From assembly GCA_963663165.1 (NCBI GenBank), contig OY760175.1, positions 2,816,001-2,880,000 of the forward strand: a DNA stretch of 64,000 bases, read 5' to 3'. The position numbers and the translations under genes were made by a program. Of this stretch, positions 63,902 through 64,000 are shown one piece after another (positions within the stretch are counted from its first letter, which is position 1; every line of letters starts with the position of its first letter). Under the pieces are notes generated by a model. The model had not been told where the DNA came from. It did no database searches and saw nothing but the letters and a program-made list of their open reading frames with translations. Origin of the DNA: an uncultured Desulfospira sp. Lineage in GTDB: Bacteria > Desulfobacterota > Desulfobacteria > Desulfobacterales > Desulfobacteraceae.

Positions 63902-63990
63902 AATTTGGGTCAATTTGGGGTCAAGCAATTTGGGGTCACACAATTTGGGGTCAGGCACAATTTGGGGTCAGGTCTTGAATTATCAGTTTT
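63902..63990 (+). repeat. Tandem AATTTGGGGTCA units, possibly the end of a mobile element or REP region
   Basis: Five copies with short variable spacers, ending ggggtcaggtcttgaattatc. Confidence 0.8.
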
Positions 63991-64000
63991 TGATTCGAAA

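Noticed and set aside
63902..63990. CRISPR array
   Set aside because: Units are about 12 bp with spacers of only a few bases, and there are no cas genes

Overview
Chromosomal window, most likely from an anaerobic Desulfobacteraceae-like deltaproteobacterium (inferred from gene content and repeat style, not from a search). Core functions: an rnfCDGEAB operon; a histidine kinase-lipoprotein-sigma54 regulator trio; a CoA-transferase with TetR; a chemoreceptor; dksA; and a succinate/propionate cluster (mce, sucCD, frdCAB, class I fumarase). Accessory content: (1) a 4.1-kb recombinase-in-trio (RIT) element at 17228-21345 with two extra cargo genes, short inverted ends and a duplicated 6-bp core, inserted at the edge of a 114-bp hairpin repeat; (2) a nitrogenase-like reductase of unknown substrate (NifH fused to a D-like domain, plus a K-like subunit) inside a 5.6-kb block bracketed by two identical copies of that repeat; (3) a ~6-kb mosaic of gene fragments (46160-52200), including AraC-family pieces in non-colinear order, interleaved with IS91-family remnants, repeated oriIS-like ends and a perfect 56-bp palindrome; (4) two tandem giant AAA-GAF-histidine kinases with a NarL-type regulator; (5) four PEP/VPLPA-CTERM surface proteins. 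Several intergenic repeat families recur. I saw no rRNA, tRNA or CRISPR array. All calls come from reading the sequence by eye; no database searches were run.
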